Shown here piece after piece: positions 51,013-63,624 of a stretch of 64,000 nt of DNA. Location: the NCBI GenBank assembly GCA_013239625.1, contig MU054187.1:15640941-15704940 (forward strand). Direction: 5' to 3'. The position numbers were made by a program, and so were the translations under genes. Numbering within the stretch: position 1 is the stretch's first letter; each line of letters opens with the position of its first letter. Source of the DNA: Lama guanicoe (Eukaryota). The notes beneath the pieces were generated by a model that searched no databases, was not told the DNA's origin, and was given only the letters and a program-made list of their open reading frames with translations.

Positions 51013-51380
51013 TTCCATCCGTGCTTTGGTCCGAAAATTTGAATTTCAGGAATTTGAAGCGGGGAGGGATTTCATTCAGAGAACAAAGTGCTCGCAAAAT
51101 CACTGGAAGGCCTGGAGAAACAAAATTCAAGAAAGAACGCCTTAGCTTTCAGGTTCACCATCAACCGTGGAGAGCTGAGGAGCCGCCAGCAGTGATAAAA
51201 CTTCTTCCAACACTGAGGCGGCGGGGTCCCGGGAGAACAGGCCACTACGGACCCTCCTCTAGTGTGAAGCCTAAGCATCGATTCGCTTGCTTCTGCTGCA
51301 GGAGCAGAGAAGCTGCTGCGTCCCTTCCACCTTCTAAATGTATGTGGCCCTTCCTAAATCGTAGCATCTGAACTGGGAAA
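51013..51380 (-). mobile_element. Probable ancient ERV/ERVL-type LTR fragment
   Basis: GC/CpG-richer block with GGGATTTCATTCAGAGAAC...GTGCTCGCAAAATCACTGGAAGG, resembling antisense old LTRs. Termini unclear. Confidence 0.35.
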
Positions 51381-51929
51381 ACAAAAGCAAGCAAACAAAA
51401 AACCCCTTTATTCTTACATTTACATCTTAGTTTTTTATCCCAACATTTCACTGCCTTTCAGTTTAAGGGCAGATGTCCCCACATACCTCAGTAGCTCATA
51501 GATGGTCACTGTCCTGCCACCCTGAACAAAAATTGACGTTTATGATAATAGAATTATTAGAGCTGGAAGGGACTCGAGATAAACTGAGCTCTTCTTCTCA
51601 TTGAAAAGATCAAAGTCACAGAGCAGTGGAATTGGGAGAGCCTTGTCTCTGAACCTTCCTGTTGCTCTGTGCTTACAGTCAATTGAATTTTACAGCCTTT
51701 TGATTTAACGAAATTAGTCCTTCTTATACCTAATGATTTAGTGTTAAGACCATGTTTGAGCTTGATAACACACTTCAAAAATTTTTTCTTAGCTCTTTAT
51801 CGCACAGGTACGAAGGGAAGGGGAGGAGTTTAAACTGCTCACTGCTGTCCTATGATCAAATCGCCATTTTATCTGATGACTTACAGACTGGAAAGTTGAC
51901 TAATAAATCTTTTTGATCAGATTTCTCAG

Positions 51930-52331
51930 TACTGCGAATGACCCTCCTGGTGGCCAGACATTGTAAGTCTGTCATGGCCCCTTCTCATTTTCACCTGTTG
52001 TTCTGGATGGAACGTGCTGTGTCACTGGGGTTTTCTTAAGTATAAACCTTTCCAAAATCACGCTGTTGTTACAGGTTGCTTTGTCCTCGGGCTGTCTAGT
52101 ATTCTTTTTGGGCTATTGGTCTTTCAACCTGCAGTTAGGGGATTAGAGTAAATCATTTAATCCATGCAGTATGTCACTCAATAGTATACTTTTGGAAATT
52201 GTTTCCACCGGAGCCCCAGTAGAAAGCAGCCAGCCTGAGATATTGACACTGTAGAACAAACTGACAGCTTACTCCTCGTATTGATTCTACTCTTCTCTGC
52301 AAATACAGACTCTGTTCCCTACCACAGCCTT
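51930..52331 (+). promoter_or_regulatory. Candidate alternative promoter and non-coding first exon ending at 52331
   Basis: Unique sequence with CTCF-like motif (51939-51956), TATAAA (52041), reverse CCAAT (52115-52119), inverted GGATTA/TAATCC (52140-52163), palindromic TGGAAATTGTTTCCA (52193-52207) and donor CTT|GTAAGT. No ATG in 52200-52331. Confidence 0.5.
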
Positions 52332-53224
52332 GTAAGTGGTGACTGCTGAGGTCTCTAAATTGCTTTGTAAATTATTTATTACTTGGACACATTGTAAAGC
52401 CCTCTTGTCATCTTTTCTGACTTGCTTGCGTTTTCTGAGGTCTCATATATACTGAAAGGTCTCAACGTGTATACTGACCACAGCCTTCCTAAGGAAGTCC
52501 TTTTCCTCCTATCTTAGACTGCAAGTGTGATTTGTTCCCCCCATGCTATGGTTACACGTTTAGTCATTCTTATTCTGATAGAACGCCTTCAAAGTATCGT
52601 CAGTACCTATATACGTATGTTCCCGACCGAGCACTAGACAGGATGGCAGTTTGGAGCCCGGCACTGGGCAGTTAATTAGCACATTTTAACACTAAAACGT
52701 TTAAAGTGTGCGAAGAACATTTATTGAATGATGGAGGAAACGGTTTCTATTAATAAAAGTTGCTTATCAGAGCAGATGCACATATTTAATTCACTTGCAC
52801 TAATGTAGCACAGTCAATATTCTGAAAAAAATTGCAAATGCTTTCTTTTTTCTGAACCCTTCTCTCTTAGATTTTCTCTTGTGACTTTGTGAACCATAAG
52901 AATGCTTAATGTTTGTAATTTACATAATTAAAAGTACACGTTCATGTCCAGTAAACAGAACACTGTGAAGACTGTGACTGTCAACTTTCAGCTGACTGAA
53001 ACCACCCCCACACACTTATAAGGATACTCAAGAGAGGGAGGTCTGTGCTTAGTAACAGGAGTTGCTTCCTCCCTTGTCCCCTGACTTCCTACATTGGTAG
53101 GCTCAGGACCAGAACACACTTTGTGAATTAAGGCTGCAGTTACTGGAGCACCCTTTATAGTTTGGAAATCCAAAAAGCTACTCCTCTCATCCATTCCTTG
53201 AAATTCATTTGATTATGTTTGAAA

Positions 53225-53395
53225 GGTATAAACTTTTCCGTCATGTCTCTGCCATTTATGAGCTCTGCGACTTGAGGAAAATAACTTAGTCCTTGGAAAT
53301 AACACTCTCTTCTGCTATAAAATGGGAACAATAATAATAATACCTACACAACGGATTATTGAAAGAATGAATGGGATGTTATAGAGTCTTAGCGG
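53225..53395 (+). mobile_element. MIR
   Basis: CTCTGCCATTTATGAGCTCTGCGACTTGAGG...CTATAAAATGGGAACAATAATAATACCTAC. Confidence 0.7.
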
Positions 53396-54086
53396 AAGCA
53401 CATTTTAGTGGTTCTGTAATGGTTCTGACATTACTAATATATAATTTTTGCTAAAGGATTTAACTTTATGATGTTTGTATTTTTATATAATACCAGTTGA
53501 TACATTGTTAAAGAAATATGCACAGTTGACAACTGTGCATAGAAACCATAGCACCTTCTAGGCAATTTTTTCTAATTATAGAAATTTGAGGAGCATGAAA
53601 GCATACTTCCAAGATTACTGTAATTCTCAATGAAATGGAGAATGCAGATCTGTTAGAAGACAAAGATTTAGATCCTTTATGAAGATTTCTAAGCAGGGGA
53701 AGCCAGCTATTTGAGACAGACTTCAGTGAGCATGGCACAGGAAGAACAAAGCGTTAGGAGGTCTTTATGGCCATAAGCTTAAGCCTGTCTCAATGGTACC
53801 CTCTCCAGGCAAAGTTCGCCCCAGGGCAGCACTGACTGTCTTCTCTCTAATGCTCTATGCCAACGTGTGTTGTTCTGACCTGGTTTCATTCCTTTCCTGC
53901 ATGCTGAAGGAACGCGCCTTTAAAATGAGTTTTCTAGACTTATTTTCACACGCTACTTCTGACTGGGAATGCTTGTTTCATAACACTGATTCCAACGCGT
54001 CAAGGCCTAGCCGAAGTGCCACCTCCCCCCACAGTCTATCCCTGTCATTTCCACTGCTTGTTTCTTCCCTGTCTAAATTCTTTCAG

Positions 54087-54150
54087 CCCTGATGGTATGA
54101 ATCACTCTTACTGTGACCCGAGATTAGATGCTAATCTAATCTTCATCCAG
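54087..54150 (+). other. Candidate 64-nt non-coding exon
   Basis: Acceptor TTTCTTCCCTGTCTAAATTCTTTCAG|, strong donor CAG|GTAAGG. Confidence 0.3.
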
Positions 54151-54944
54151 GTAAGGTCTAACCCAGCCAGACACACATAGGGCGGGGGAAATTCTTTTAC
54201 TGTCCCTTCAGTAGCTACACAATGAAAGGTTAAAAGGAGAACAGAAAAGCTGGCTAAAGCAAAGAGTATTTTCATATCAAATGCACATCCTAGGACTAAA
54301 CTGGAGATTTATAGTAACCGTGTATATTTGTGTATCATTTTACATGCACATCCCACTCTCACCTAATAATAACAGACTTTACCATGCAGCTTCATGGGTT
54401 ACATACAGCTTTCACATCATGTACTTTTATTCATCAAAACGATCTTATGATTTGAATCTTGTTATCCGTATTTTGTAGAGAAGCAGCAAAGCCTGTAAGA
54501 GGTTATGCGATTTGTCCCCAGCTGCACTGAAGGCCATTACTTCCTTCTCAGTCCCAGCTGGCTTTACCCAGTGGCCTGTCTCGTCCTCACAGGAACCCCA
54601 TGCGGAAGGCCAGAAGGACATTCTTAGCTTTGACTGATAAGTGATGAAGATGATTTCTCTAGACAAGAAAGGGAGAGAAGAATTCACCCATCCTAAGCAG
54701 TCTCTGCCTCTCCCGTTTTAGAGGTAGGGAGGGGAGTGGTTGTTGGAACAAGATTGTTTCAAAACAAAAAACAAGTGGCAGCGAGCAGGTTTATCATCTG
54801 CAAGAGATTCATGAGGAAACAGAGTTGGAACGTGATTCAGATATGCATACATATGAACAAACACATACACATATATATTCATGCATATATAAACCATAAA
54901 ATGTTAAAATGTAGGAAAAAATGTATATCTGCCTCTACTTATAT

Positions 54945-55274
54945 TGTTAAAAGATAAACTGGGGCATATTAAAATTTTTAAGAGTTTATTTGAGCAAAAA
55001 TCAGTTCCAATTGAACAGCGCCAGAACGGAAGTGGTTAGGAGTGCCCCACCCGACCAGAGCTGGGGGTGGACAGGCAGAGAAGGTGCAAATAAAGGAAGT
55101 CATTTGATTGGCTGTCGCTTGAAAGCTGGTTGGCTGTTTGTGATTGGTTGTCCTTAGGTTTCCATTTCTTCACCTTGAGGCATCGCAGGCCTAGGTTTTG
55201 ATTTGCTTCCTTAGGCCACCAAAGCAAAAGCGTCTCTTCAGTCTAACAGCCTCCTGGTTTAGTTATTTTTAACA
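54945..55274 (-). mobile_element. ERV1-type solo LTR (330 bp)
   Basis: TG...CA ends with 8-bp inverted termini TGTTAAAA/TTTTAACA. 4-bp TSD ATAT/ATAC. Minus-strand AATAAA (54985-54990) and two CCAAT boxes (55107, 55143). Confidence 0.8.
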
Positions 55275-55760
55275 ATACATGTTTTGTGAAATCTGAGATT
55301 GACGGGGAAATCTCATCATTGGGATGGACCAGATCTGTGTTGAAAAATTGTAGGGGTGGAAGTAACGTAAACATCGGGAGGGAAAAGCTCTGTTAGACTG
55401 AACTGGATTAGGAAGACTCTTTCACGTCCTAAGAAGAAATGGAGGATGGTGGGACATGGGCTTCTCCACCCTGAAGAGTTCCTAAAAAAGGCCTCCTTCT
55501 TTCTCACAAAGTGAATCATTGAGGCAAACATTATATAGGTCGCTTCGCAAAATGTTTGTACCTAACAGGTATTTCCAACAGAAGTGTAAGAGATTGTCTA
55601 TTCTGCTATATTTTTTGTTAGCACTGGGTTTTGTAAATTTTTAAAAATACTACTTTGAAATGTAAAAAACAATTACTCTTTTTAATTTTCAGTTTAAGGT
55701 GAAATTTTCTATATGCTTTTTTAGTAATTGTGTTCCCTATTTTTCAAAATCGTATATTTT

Positions 55761-55930
55761 ATTTTTAGCTTTTCTTTGTTTTTTTGGTGGGGGAGAAGAA
55801 GAGGTAATTAGGTTTATTTATTTACTTACTTATTTACTTATTTATTTATTTTAATTCAGGTACTGAGGATTAAATGTAGGACCTCGTGCATGCTAAGCAT
55901 GAGCTCTACCTCTGAGCTAACCCCTTCCCC
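55761..55930 (-). mobile_element. Full-length Vic-1-type SINE
   Basis: tRNA-Ala-like head at about 55858-55930, (TAAA)n linker, CCTAATTACCTC motif and A-rich tail. Imperfect TSD CAAAATCGTATA / CAAATTGTATA. Confidence 0.88.
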
Positions 55931-56552
55931 TGCAAATTGTATACATTTCATAGTATCTGTTTTAACAACAGTGTTTTTTAAATCAATTTATATAAGCCTC
56001 AGTGTTTAAACATTTGCTACACATATATAATAACCACTGATATTAATAAAAATTAGAAAATTTCTTTGCCATACCTACTAATTTCACTAAGCCTGATTAT
56101 ATTTTTATTGTGATTCATTTCCAAAAGAAATAGTTCAAAATTTGTCCCAAATAATGGAGGCACAGTTTCTTTATTTTCTCTGTTGCTACGCTGCCCACAC
56201 TAAGCAAATTTGCAGATATAGACGTAAATGCCAAATAATAGAATCCACCCGCACTATATTAAAACTTTTCAAATGTGCGTTCTCTAAGCAGCATTGTTTT
56301 GATATTTAAGTAATAGTATATTTTAGGACTACTGACTAAATAATGATAAACTCTGAGTTCATCTATGAGAAAATAAAACTGTGGGAAAATCTGAGTTGTG
56401 TAAAACATTGAACCTTCCTGCAAAATAAACAAGAGAGTATAAGAGGTTATGAACATGTATTCAATAAATTAACAGACAACATGAAATAAATGATATAAAA
56501 AAGTCAAAGTGTTTTTGCAGGGAGTGAAGAAAAAGCATTCCCTTCCCTTCCA

Positions 56553-56583
56553 ACACACACACACAGACACTCACACACACACA
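56553..56583. repeat. Interrupted (CA)n microsatellite
   Basis: Read directly from the sequence. Confidence 0.9.
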
Positions 56584-59399
56584 TCCCCCACAGGGAGACA
56601 ATGTAGAAGGAGACTAAGGAAAAATGATATTGTAGATAAGCGAAAATTTAAGTCATTTTTATTGCCTAAAATAATGAGACAAACATTAATAAGGTCTTTT
56701 ATTATAGTTGCATAAATTGGGCTTTAATTTGTGACCACTGAGAATACTGCTACTGACTAGAGATTAAATTTGTTTTTATTGGATATAATAAATAAAGATT
56801 GTATATTAAAATATTATGAATCATGTGTATTTAGAAATAATTTTATCAAGTGCAGGTACTATGACTTATTAATCCTTGAAATGATTGCTTAGATTAGTGC
56901 CTGGAACATAAAAATGGTCTTTTTTTTTTTTTTGGCATGAATGATCATAAAATGTAATGTTTGAAAGGGCCAAGTTTTAGATAATGTTATTAACTCAGCA
57001 TATATATAAATAAACATGCATTCAAATTCAAAACCATGGAAAAATATATTTTAGTTTAACAATAAATTTCTACTTTTAAGAGGTGACCATAGCAATTTTT
57101 ATTTAAATTGACTGTAAATCATGCCCTACCTGCTCTGTGCAAGGTAACAATTTTGGCGTTAAAGAAACTACACAGTTTCATGAAGTTTGGCCTCCATTAA
57201 TCAGTCATTATGATCCAGTAGTAAGCTAGAATATGTTACCAAATAACAAAAATTGGGGACAGAGTGAATGAAATATCATAGAACAGGGAGAAAAAAGGCA
57301 GTGATTCTGGAGCAAAATGAACTTATGCTTATTCTATTTGTGCTTTGGCAGTTGACTCAGATTGTATTTTTTAAGATTTAACATAATATCAAAACTGAAA
57401 TGTAAAATCTGTTACTTTTTCAAAAATAATTTTGTACTTAAATCTATTTTTAATATAATTCTATGCAGAAAATTAGGAAGTACAGAAAATTATTCACAAG
57501 ATAAAACAAAATCTACAGTAAAATCTACTTTTTAAAAGTAATTAACATTTGTAAAATACTATTCTGGTTCACTGTTAGTCTTTAATCTTTTGCTTTTTTG
57601 TCATAAATTCTCCCTGACACCTATTGGCAGGTTTCTGGTAGCTTCCTGAGTATATCTTAATATTCTAATTTTTTTCAACTTTGTAGATACTACATTACCT
57701 TCACAATACTTGAGATATTTTTTGCTTATGTTTCCTGCAGCTTTCAACTTTTAGCTACTCATACAAAACAATGATACTACTATAATAATACAAGAAAATT
57801 TGGTTATTTTCAGCCTCTAATTTATTTGGGGAAATCTGCACTAGAATTTTCCCTCTTGTAACATTAAGGGGAGATTTACCCTCAGCTGTTAGAAGTCTTA
57901 AAGACTCCTATATCTGTTCTTACCACTTAATTTATATAATGAACCTCCCCTGCAAAATTCAAAAACATTTAACTGGTTTTCGTAAAAGAGTTCCTATAAA
58001 TTCGGGCTTTTGTTCTATGAAAATCAACAGGACTAATGTCACTTCAATCAGAAAAGTGGAAAAAAGATATAGAAGACATAGAAACAATGTCATATGTGGA
58101 ACTTTTCCTATAGTGGAGCACGATCAGGTGCATTATTACTATATGTGTAACTATCATTAAAATGTCTTTGATTGCCAGTATAAAATTTTGTGATTATGAG
58201 AATTGCATTTTTGGAAAAATCAAATGCAGCAATGTTTGCTAGATTTAGTAACATTACCTTATCAACCAAGTACAAATTTTGCTGTGGAAAGTGCTTGTTC
58301 TCAGTTCCAGTGACCAGTGATTTAGAATAGGTGGGTTAAGCACTGCCCACAGCCCTTTGCTCCCCACTGGGTTTGACTGGGTATTTAAATGTCTGTAGAT
58401 GAGGAGAGACTAATGGCTGAGAACCAAACAGAGCTGTGTATTTGTGTTCGAAGCTACCTCAAAGGCACTTAGGTACACTGAACAGCTGTTTTGAAACAGT
58501 CTGTTTTCTCTATTGGCAGAAAGAATTGTGTTTGTGTTTATGTGTTGTTAAAACAAATTTAACATCATTAGACAGAGGATGTCATGTCCAATTCCTTGCA
58601 GCAGGGATTCCTAACTGCTGGACATAATAGAGAAATTAAAAGAGGTGTAAATCCCAGTAAATAATATATCTAATAAATAACTCACAGAGAAAAAGATAAC
58701 ATTGTTTCCTACAGCTATTGAAGAGGAGCATATCATTATAAATTCAGGGCAGAAAATCTTTATTTCATCTTAAATCCTATTATTAAATCTATTTTCTTGC
58801 TCGCTGCTCCCTGATCTTTCCTGGATGTCCTCATTTTCTTTACAGTAATGAAAGAAACTCTCTAGATATTTCTGTGTTCCTAGCTTTTGTTACTCTATGA
58901 ATTTATTCATAGAATTCCTTGGAATGTTTTTTTCTATTAAGAGTCAAGCTATGATATGCCAAATCAATTTAGAAGCTAAACTTAAATTACATTTAATATT
59001 ATCCTGGTGTCTCAGTTTTCAGCTATAAAAATTTTCAAAAATATGTACAGGTTCTTTAAAATATTAACATAATACACGTATTAATAGAGACTTCACTGAA
59101 AATTTTAAAAGAAAATTAAAGTATTTATACTGTGAGCCAACCGTTTGGGAACCGCACAGAATTCTTAAATTCTACCATATAATCCCTTAATTAGAGTATA
59201 AATATACAACTCTAAAAAATAGTAATAAAGGACGTGCTTAATGCAAACGGTACATATACTCTTGTCCCAATAACATTTATAGAACTCAGATTTCTCTTCA
59301 GGAATGATACTTTACTAATTATAATTATTTATTTTGAGATCTATTATCCAAAATTCATACCCACTTTTTGGACCTTTCTGTAAACTTGTATCAAGTTAA

Positions 59400-62345
59400 C
59401 AAATAAGAGAAAAAACAAAACAAAACAGAAACAATGAGACTCTGCTATGAACAGTTGTATACAAACAAATTCAATAACCTCGGTGAAATGGAAATCTTCC
59501 TAGAAAGGCACAAAGTATACAAACTGACTCAAGAAGAAACAGATCTGAATAGACTTGTAATAAATATAAAGTTGAATCAGTAATCAAGAACTTTCCACAA
59601 AGGAAAACCTGTAACTGAATGGTTTCAATGATGAATTCTAACAAACATTTAAAGAAGAATTAACACAGATTCTTTGAAAACAATTCTAAAAACGTAAAAG
59701 GAAAGGAACACTTCTGAATATATTCTGTGAGGCCAGTTTTACTCTGATAACCAAAACCAGACAAAGACATCACAAGAAAACAAAACTGCAGACCAGTAAC
59801 TCTAAGAATATAGATGCAAAAATCCTCAACAAAATGCTAGCACATCAATACAACATAAAAAAGAATTGTACATCATAACCAAGTGGCATTTATTTCAGAA
59901 ATGCAAAGGTGTTTCAACATTTAAAAATCATTCAATGCATACAAAGAGAACAAAGGACAAAAACCACGTGATCATTCTAAGTAAAAACAGAAAAAGCAGT
60001 TGACAAACTCCTTTCATTGTAAAATCACTTAACAAGCTAAGAGTAGAAATGAACTTCAACCTGATCAATCAAATCTATGAAAACCCATATCTAATGTAAT
60101 ACTAATGCTTAAAACTTGAGAGCTTCTCCCAGATATACAGAACAAGATAAGGATGTTTGCTTTTGCCACTTGTATTTAGCTTTTTACTGGAGGTTCTAGC
60201 CCGGGCAACCAGGCAAAAAAAAAGGGAAGAAAATGCATCCAGATTGGAAAGAAAGAAGTAAAACTATCTCAGTTTGCAGATGGCATGAGGTTGTATATAG
60301 GAAGTCCCAAGGAATTCTATTAGAACTACTACAGTAAATTTGATAAAGTTAAGGATAGGAAGTCAATATAAAAAGGTTAATTATATTCACATATACTAAT
60401 AGTGAACAAACCCAAAAAGAAATTAAGAAAACAATTCCATAACAATAGCATTAAAAAGAATAAAACATTAAAGAATAACTTTAACAAAAGGAGTACAAGA
60501 TTTGTACACTGAAAATTACAAATCATTATTGAAGGAAATTGAAGATGATCTAAATGCAATTGGACCTTGAACAACAAAAGTTTGAACTGTGCATGATCAC
60601 TTATAAGTAATTTTTTTTCAATAGCACCACATGATCCAAGTTTGGTTGAATTCACAGTTGCAGAACCACATATATGGAAAACCAACTTTAAATTAAACAC
60701 AGATTTTCAAGTGTATGGAGGCCTGGAACCCCTAATCCTTGTGTTTGTTGTTCAACTGACTGTGAGTGTAAAGTGGAACTGTAAGTGGAAAGATATCCCA
60801 CTTACAGTTTATGGATGGGATATTTTACCAATCCATGTTATTGTTAAAATGGCACAATCCCCAAATTGATCTACTTATTTAACACAGTCTTAACATCTCA
60901 GCTGTCTTTTTTGGCAGAACTTGACAAGCTTATACTAAAGTTCATATGGAAAGACAAGGAATCCAGAATGGACAAATCAATCTTAAAAAAAAAAAAGTAT
61001 GTTGGAGGAACCATTCTTCTTGACTTCAAAACATACTAAAATTTATTACAAAGCTACAGTAATTAACACTGTATGGTACTGGAATAACATAGAGATGTAG
61101 ATCAATGGAGTAGACTTGTGAGTCCAGATAAAAATCCATACATTTATAGTCCACTGATTTTGACAAGGATACTCAGACTATTTAATGGGTAAAGAATTGT
61201 CTCTTCAATGAATAGTGTTGGGGCGTCTGGAAATTCATATGCAAGAAGCTGAAGTTGGACTCCTGCCTAACATAATATACAAAATACACTTGAAATTATC
61301 AATGGACTAAATCTAAGAACTAAAACTATAAAATCTTTAGAAGAAAACATCTTTTTACATCTTCATGACCTTGGATTAAGCAGTGAACTTTAGACATGAT
61401 ACTAAAAGCATAACCAACAACAACAAAAAAAAATTGGACTTACCAAAATTAAAAATTCTGTGCTTCAAAGGACAGTATCAAAAAAGTGAAGAGATCACCT
61501 ACAGAATGGGAGATAATATTTGCAAATCATATTCTGTTAAGAGTGTAGAATCCAGAATATAAAAAGGACTATTACACTATAGGAATAATATGATACATAA
61601 CCCAATTACAAATGAGCAAAGGATTTAAATAGATGTTCTTGTAAAGATACATAAATAGGAAATGCAATTCAGAATGACAATGAAATAAGACTTCATACAT
61701 GCTATCATGGGTATAATAAAAAAGACACAATAAAAAGTATTGTTGAGGATACTGAAAAATTGAAATCTCATATATATTACTGGATGGAATGTAAAGTACC
61801 ACATCTTCTTTGGGAAAAATTCTTGCAGTTTCTGAAAAAGTTAAATATAGAGTTACCATTTGATCCGACAATTCTACTTCCAAGTATGTAGCCAAGAGAA
61901 TTTAAAATATATGTTCACACAAAAACACTTCTTTACCATTGTTTATAGCAGCATTATTCATAATAGACAAAAAGTGGGAAAAATCCATATTTCCATCAAG
62001 TGATGAGTGGATAAACAAAATAGGGTGTATCTACCCACCAGAATATTATTCAACCATAAAATATGAAGTATTGATATATGCTATAGATGAATCATGAAAA
62101 CATGCTCAGTGAAAGGAACAAGACAGACTCACATACACATAAAATATACAAAATGTTATACAATTTCATTTATATGAAATGTGCAGAATGGGGAAATCTC
62201 AGAGAGAAAAAAACAGAAACCAGTGGTTTGTAAGGGCTAGTAATGCATGTTTTTTGAGGGGGTGATGAAAATGTGCTGGAATTAAATAGTGATGCTGGTT
62301 GCACATCCTTTTGAATATTATTAAAACAACTGAATTATAAATAGA
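59400..62345 (+). mobile_element. Old L1M (L1MA/MB-like) ORF2 and 3'UTR fossil, about 2.7 kb
   Basis: Decayed ORF2 in order: GAAATGGAAATCTTCCTAGAA, AATATAGATGCAAAAATCCTCAACAAAA, RT core VKLSQFADGM (near 60260), ATTACAAAGCTACAGTAAT, then the 3'UTR. Many stops and frameshifts. Confidence 0.9.
60557..60758. mobile_element. TcMar-Tigger MITE (Tigger2a/MER8-like) inserted in the L1
   Basis: CAATTGGACCTTGAACAAC...GTTTGAACTGTGC start and CCCCTAATCC...TTCAACTG end. It interrupts the L1 between GATCTAAAT and AGTGGAAAGATATCCC. Confidence 0.8.
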
Positions 62346-62379
62346 TAAAATGGAAAGAAATAGAAAATATGTAACACTA

Positions 62380-63560
62380 GATTTTAACACATTATAAAAC
62401 TGTAGTAATTTTTAAAAATTGGTACTATTTTGTACATGATAGATCAATAAGAAGAAACAGAGTCCAAATATATTCATAAACACACAAACACACAGCTCTT
62501 TTTTGTTCATGTTGAGACTATATCAAATACTTGCTAAAAGATATTTTATTCAATAAATGTGTGTGGATAACAGGCCATGATACAGAGAAAACAATTGCAA
62601 CTGCATCCCTGCTTCAATATTATGCCAAAATATATTCCAGATGAAATAAAATTTTAAATATAAAATAATAGTTATAAAAGTCATAAGAAAGAGGGAGTGA
62701 GAGAGATTGAGAGGATTTTTTTCTCTAGTTCTAGTAAGAAGACTTGTGAACAGTAAACACAGTAAGGTTTTGACTTTACTGTGAAATAATGAATTTTGTG
62801 AAAATTTTAAAATATCAGCATGACAAAAATAGTAGCTTATATTTAGATGAATATTAATTTTAATATATGCAAAGCTTTTATGAATCAAGAAAGTAGCAAC
62901 CAGCTTTATAAGTCAAAGGATATTTGCATGTAGTTCAAAGAAAAAAATAAACTTTTAAACATATAGTAAAGTGCCTGGTCTGTACAAATACTTAAAGAAA
63001 TGTAAGTGTAAACAATAATATAGTATCATTTCTACTCTTCATTTTAGCCAAAATAAAAATTTCTGTTAATATTTGGTATTGAGGTTATAGGAAAAAAGAC
63101 GTGTGGTGTTGGGGGTGTATGTAAATTATTACAATAACTTTGAAATAATTTGACCTTATCCCTCAAAAATAAAGAAAAATCTATACCTGTTGATTCAGAA
63201 TTGCTGTCTCTAGAAAGACACACATTATTAGCATAGTTTGCAGGCTATTCATGATAACACTGTCTTTAACAGTAAACGCTGGAGACAGCTGTCTTTTGGG
63301 AGACTTACTGCCCAATATATGGTGATATGGAAACATTTCCTGGATATATTCTCAGGTGAAGACTTTTGAGAGTCATACTGTATATTTTGATTTATTTGTA
63401 TTTAAAAAGTACAAAGACACACTTATACACATACAGTTATTATATGCATAGACTTGCTCTGCATAAATCCACAATAATTCCAAAATAGTTGTGGTGCCAC
63501 TAGGAAGGGCAATTTGGGATCTGAAGGGAGAAGGCGATTACTTGCCATATAGAAGGCTGC
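62380..63560 (+). mobile_element. Highly decayed L1ME-like fragments
   Basis: TATAAAACTGTAGTAAT...TGGTACT, TATCATTTCTACTC, ATGTAAATTATTACAATAACTTTG and TTGATTCAGAATTGC motifs. Confidence 0.5.
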
Positions 63561-63624
63561 ATAGGCAAATCAATCTCAAATATTTGAAGAAATTTCCTGT
63601 GGTATAAGAAGAAATGCACTACTG

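Noticed and set aside
50889..51371. 160-aa ORF
   Set aside because: No recognisable domain; it runs across an AT-rich stretch and a probable LTR fragment whose higher GC lowers stop frequency.
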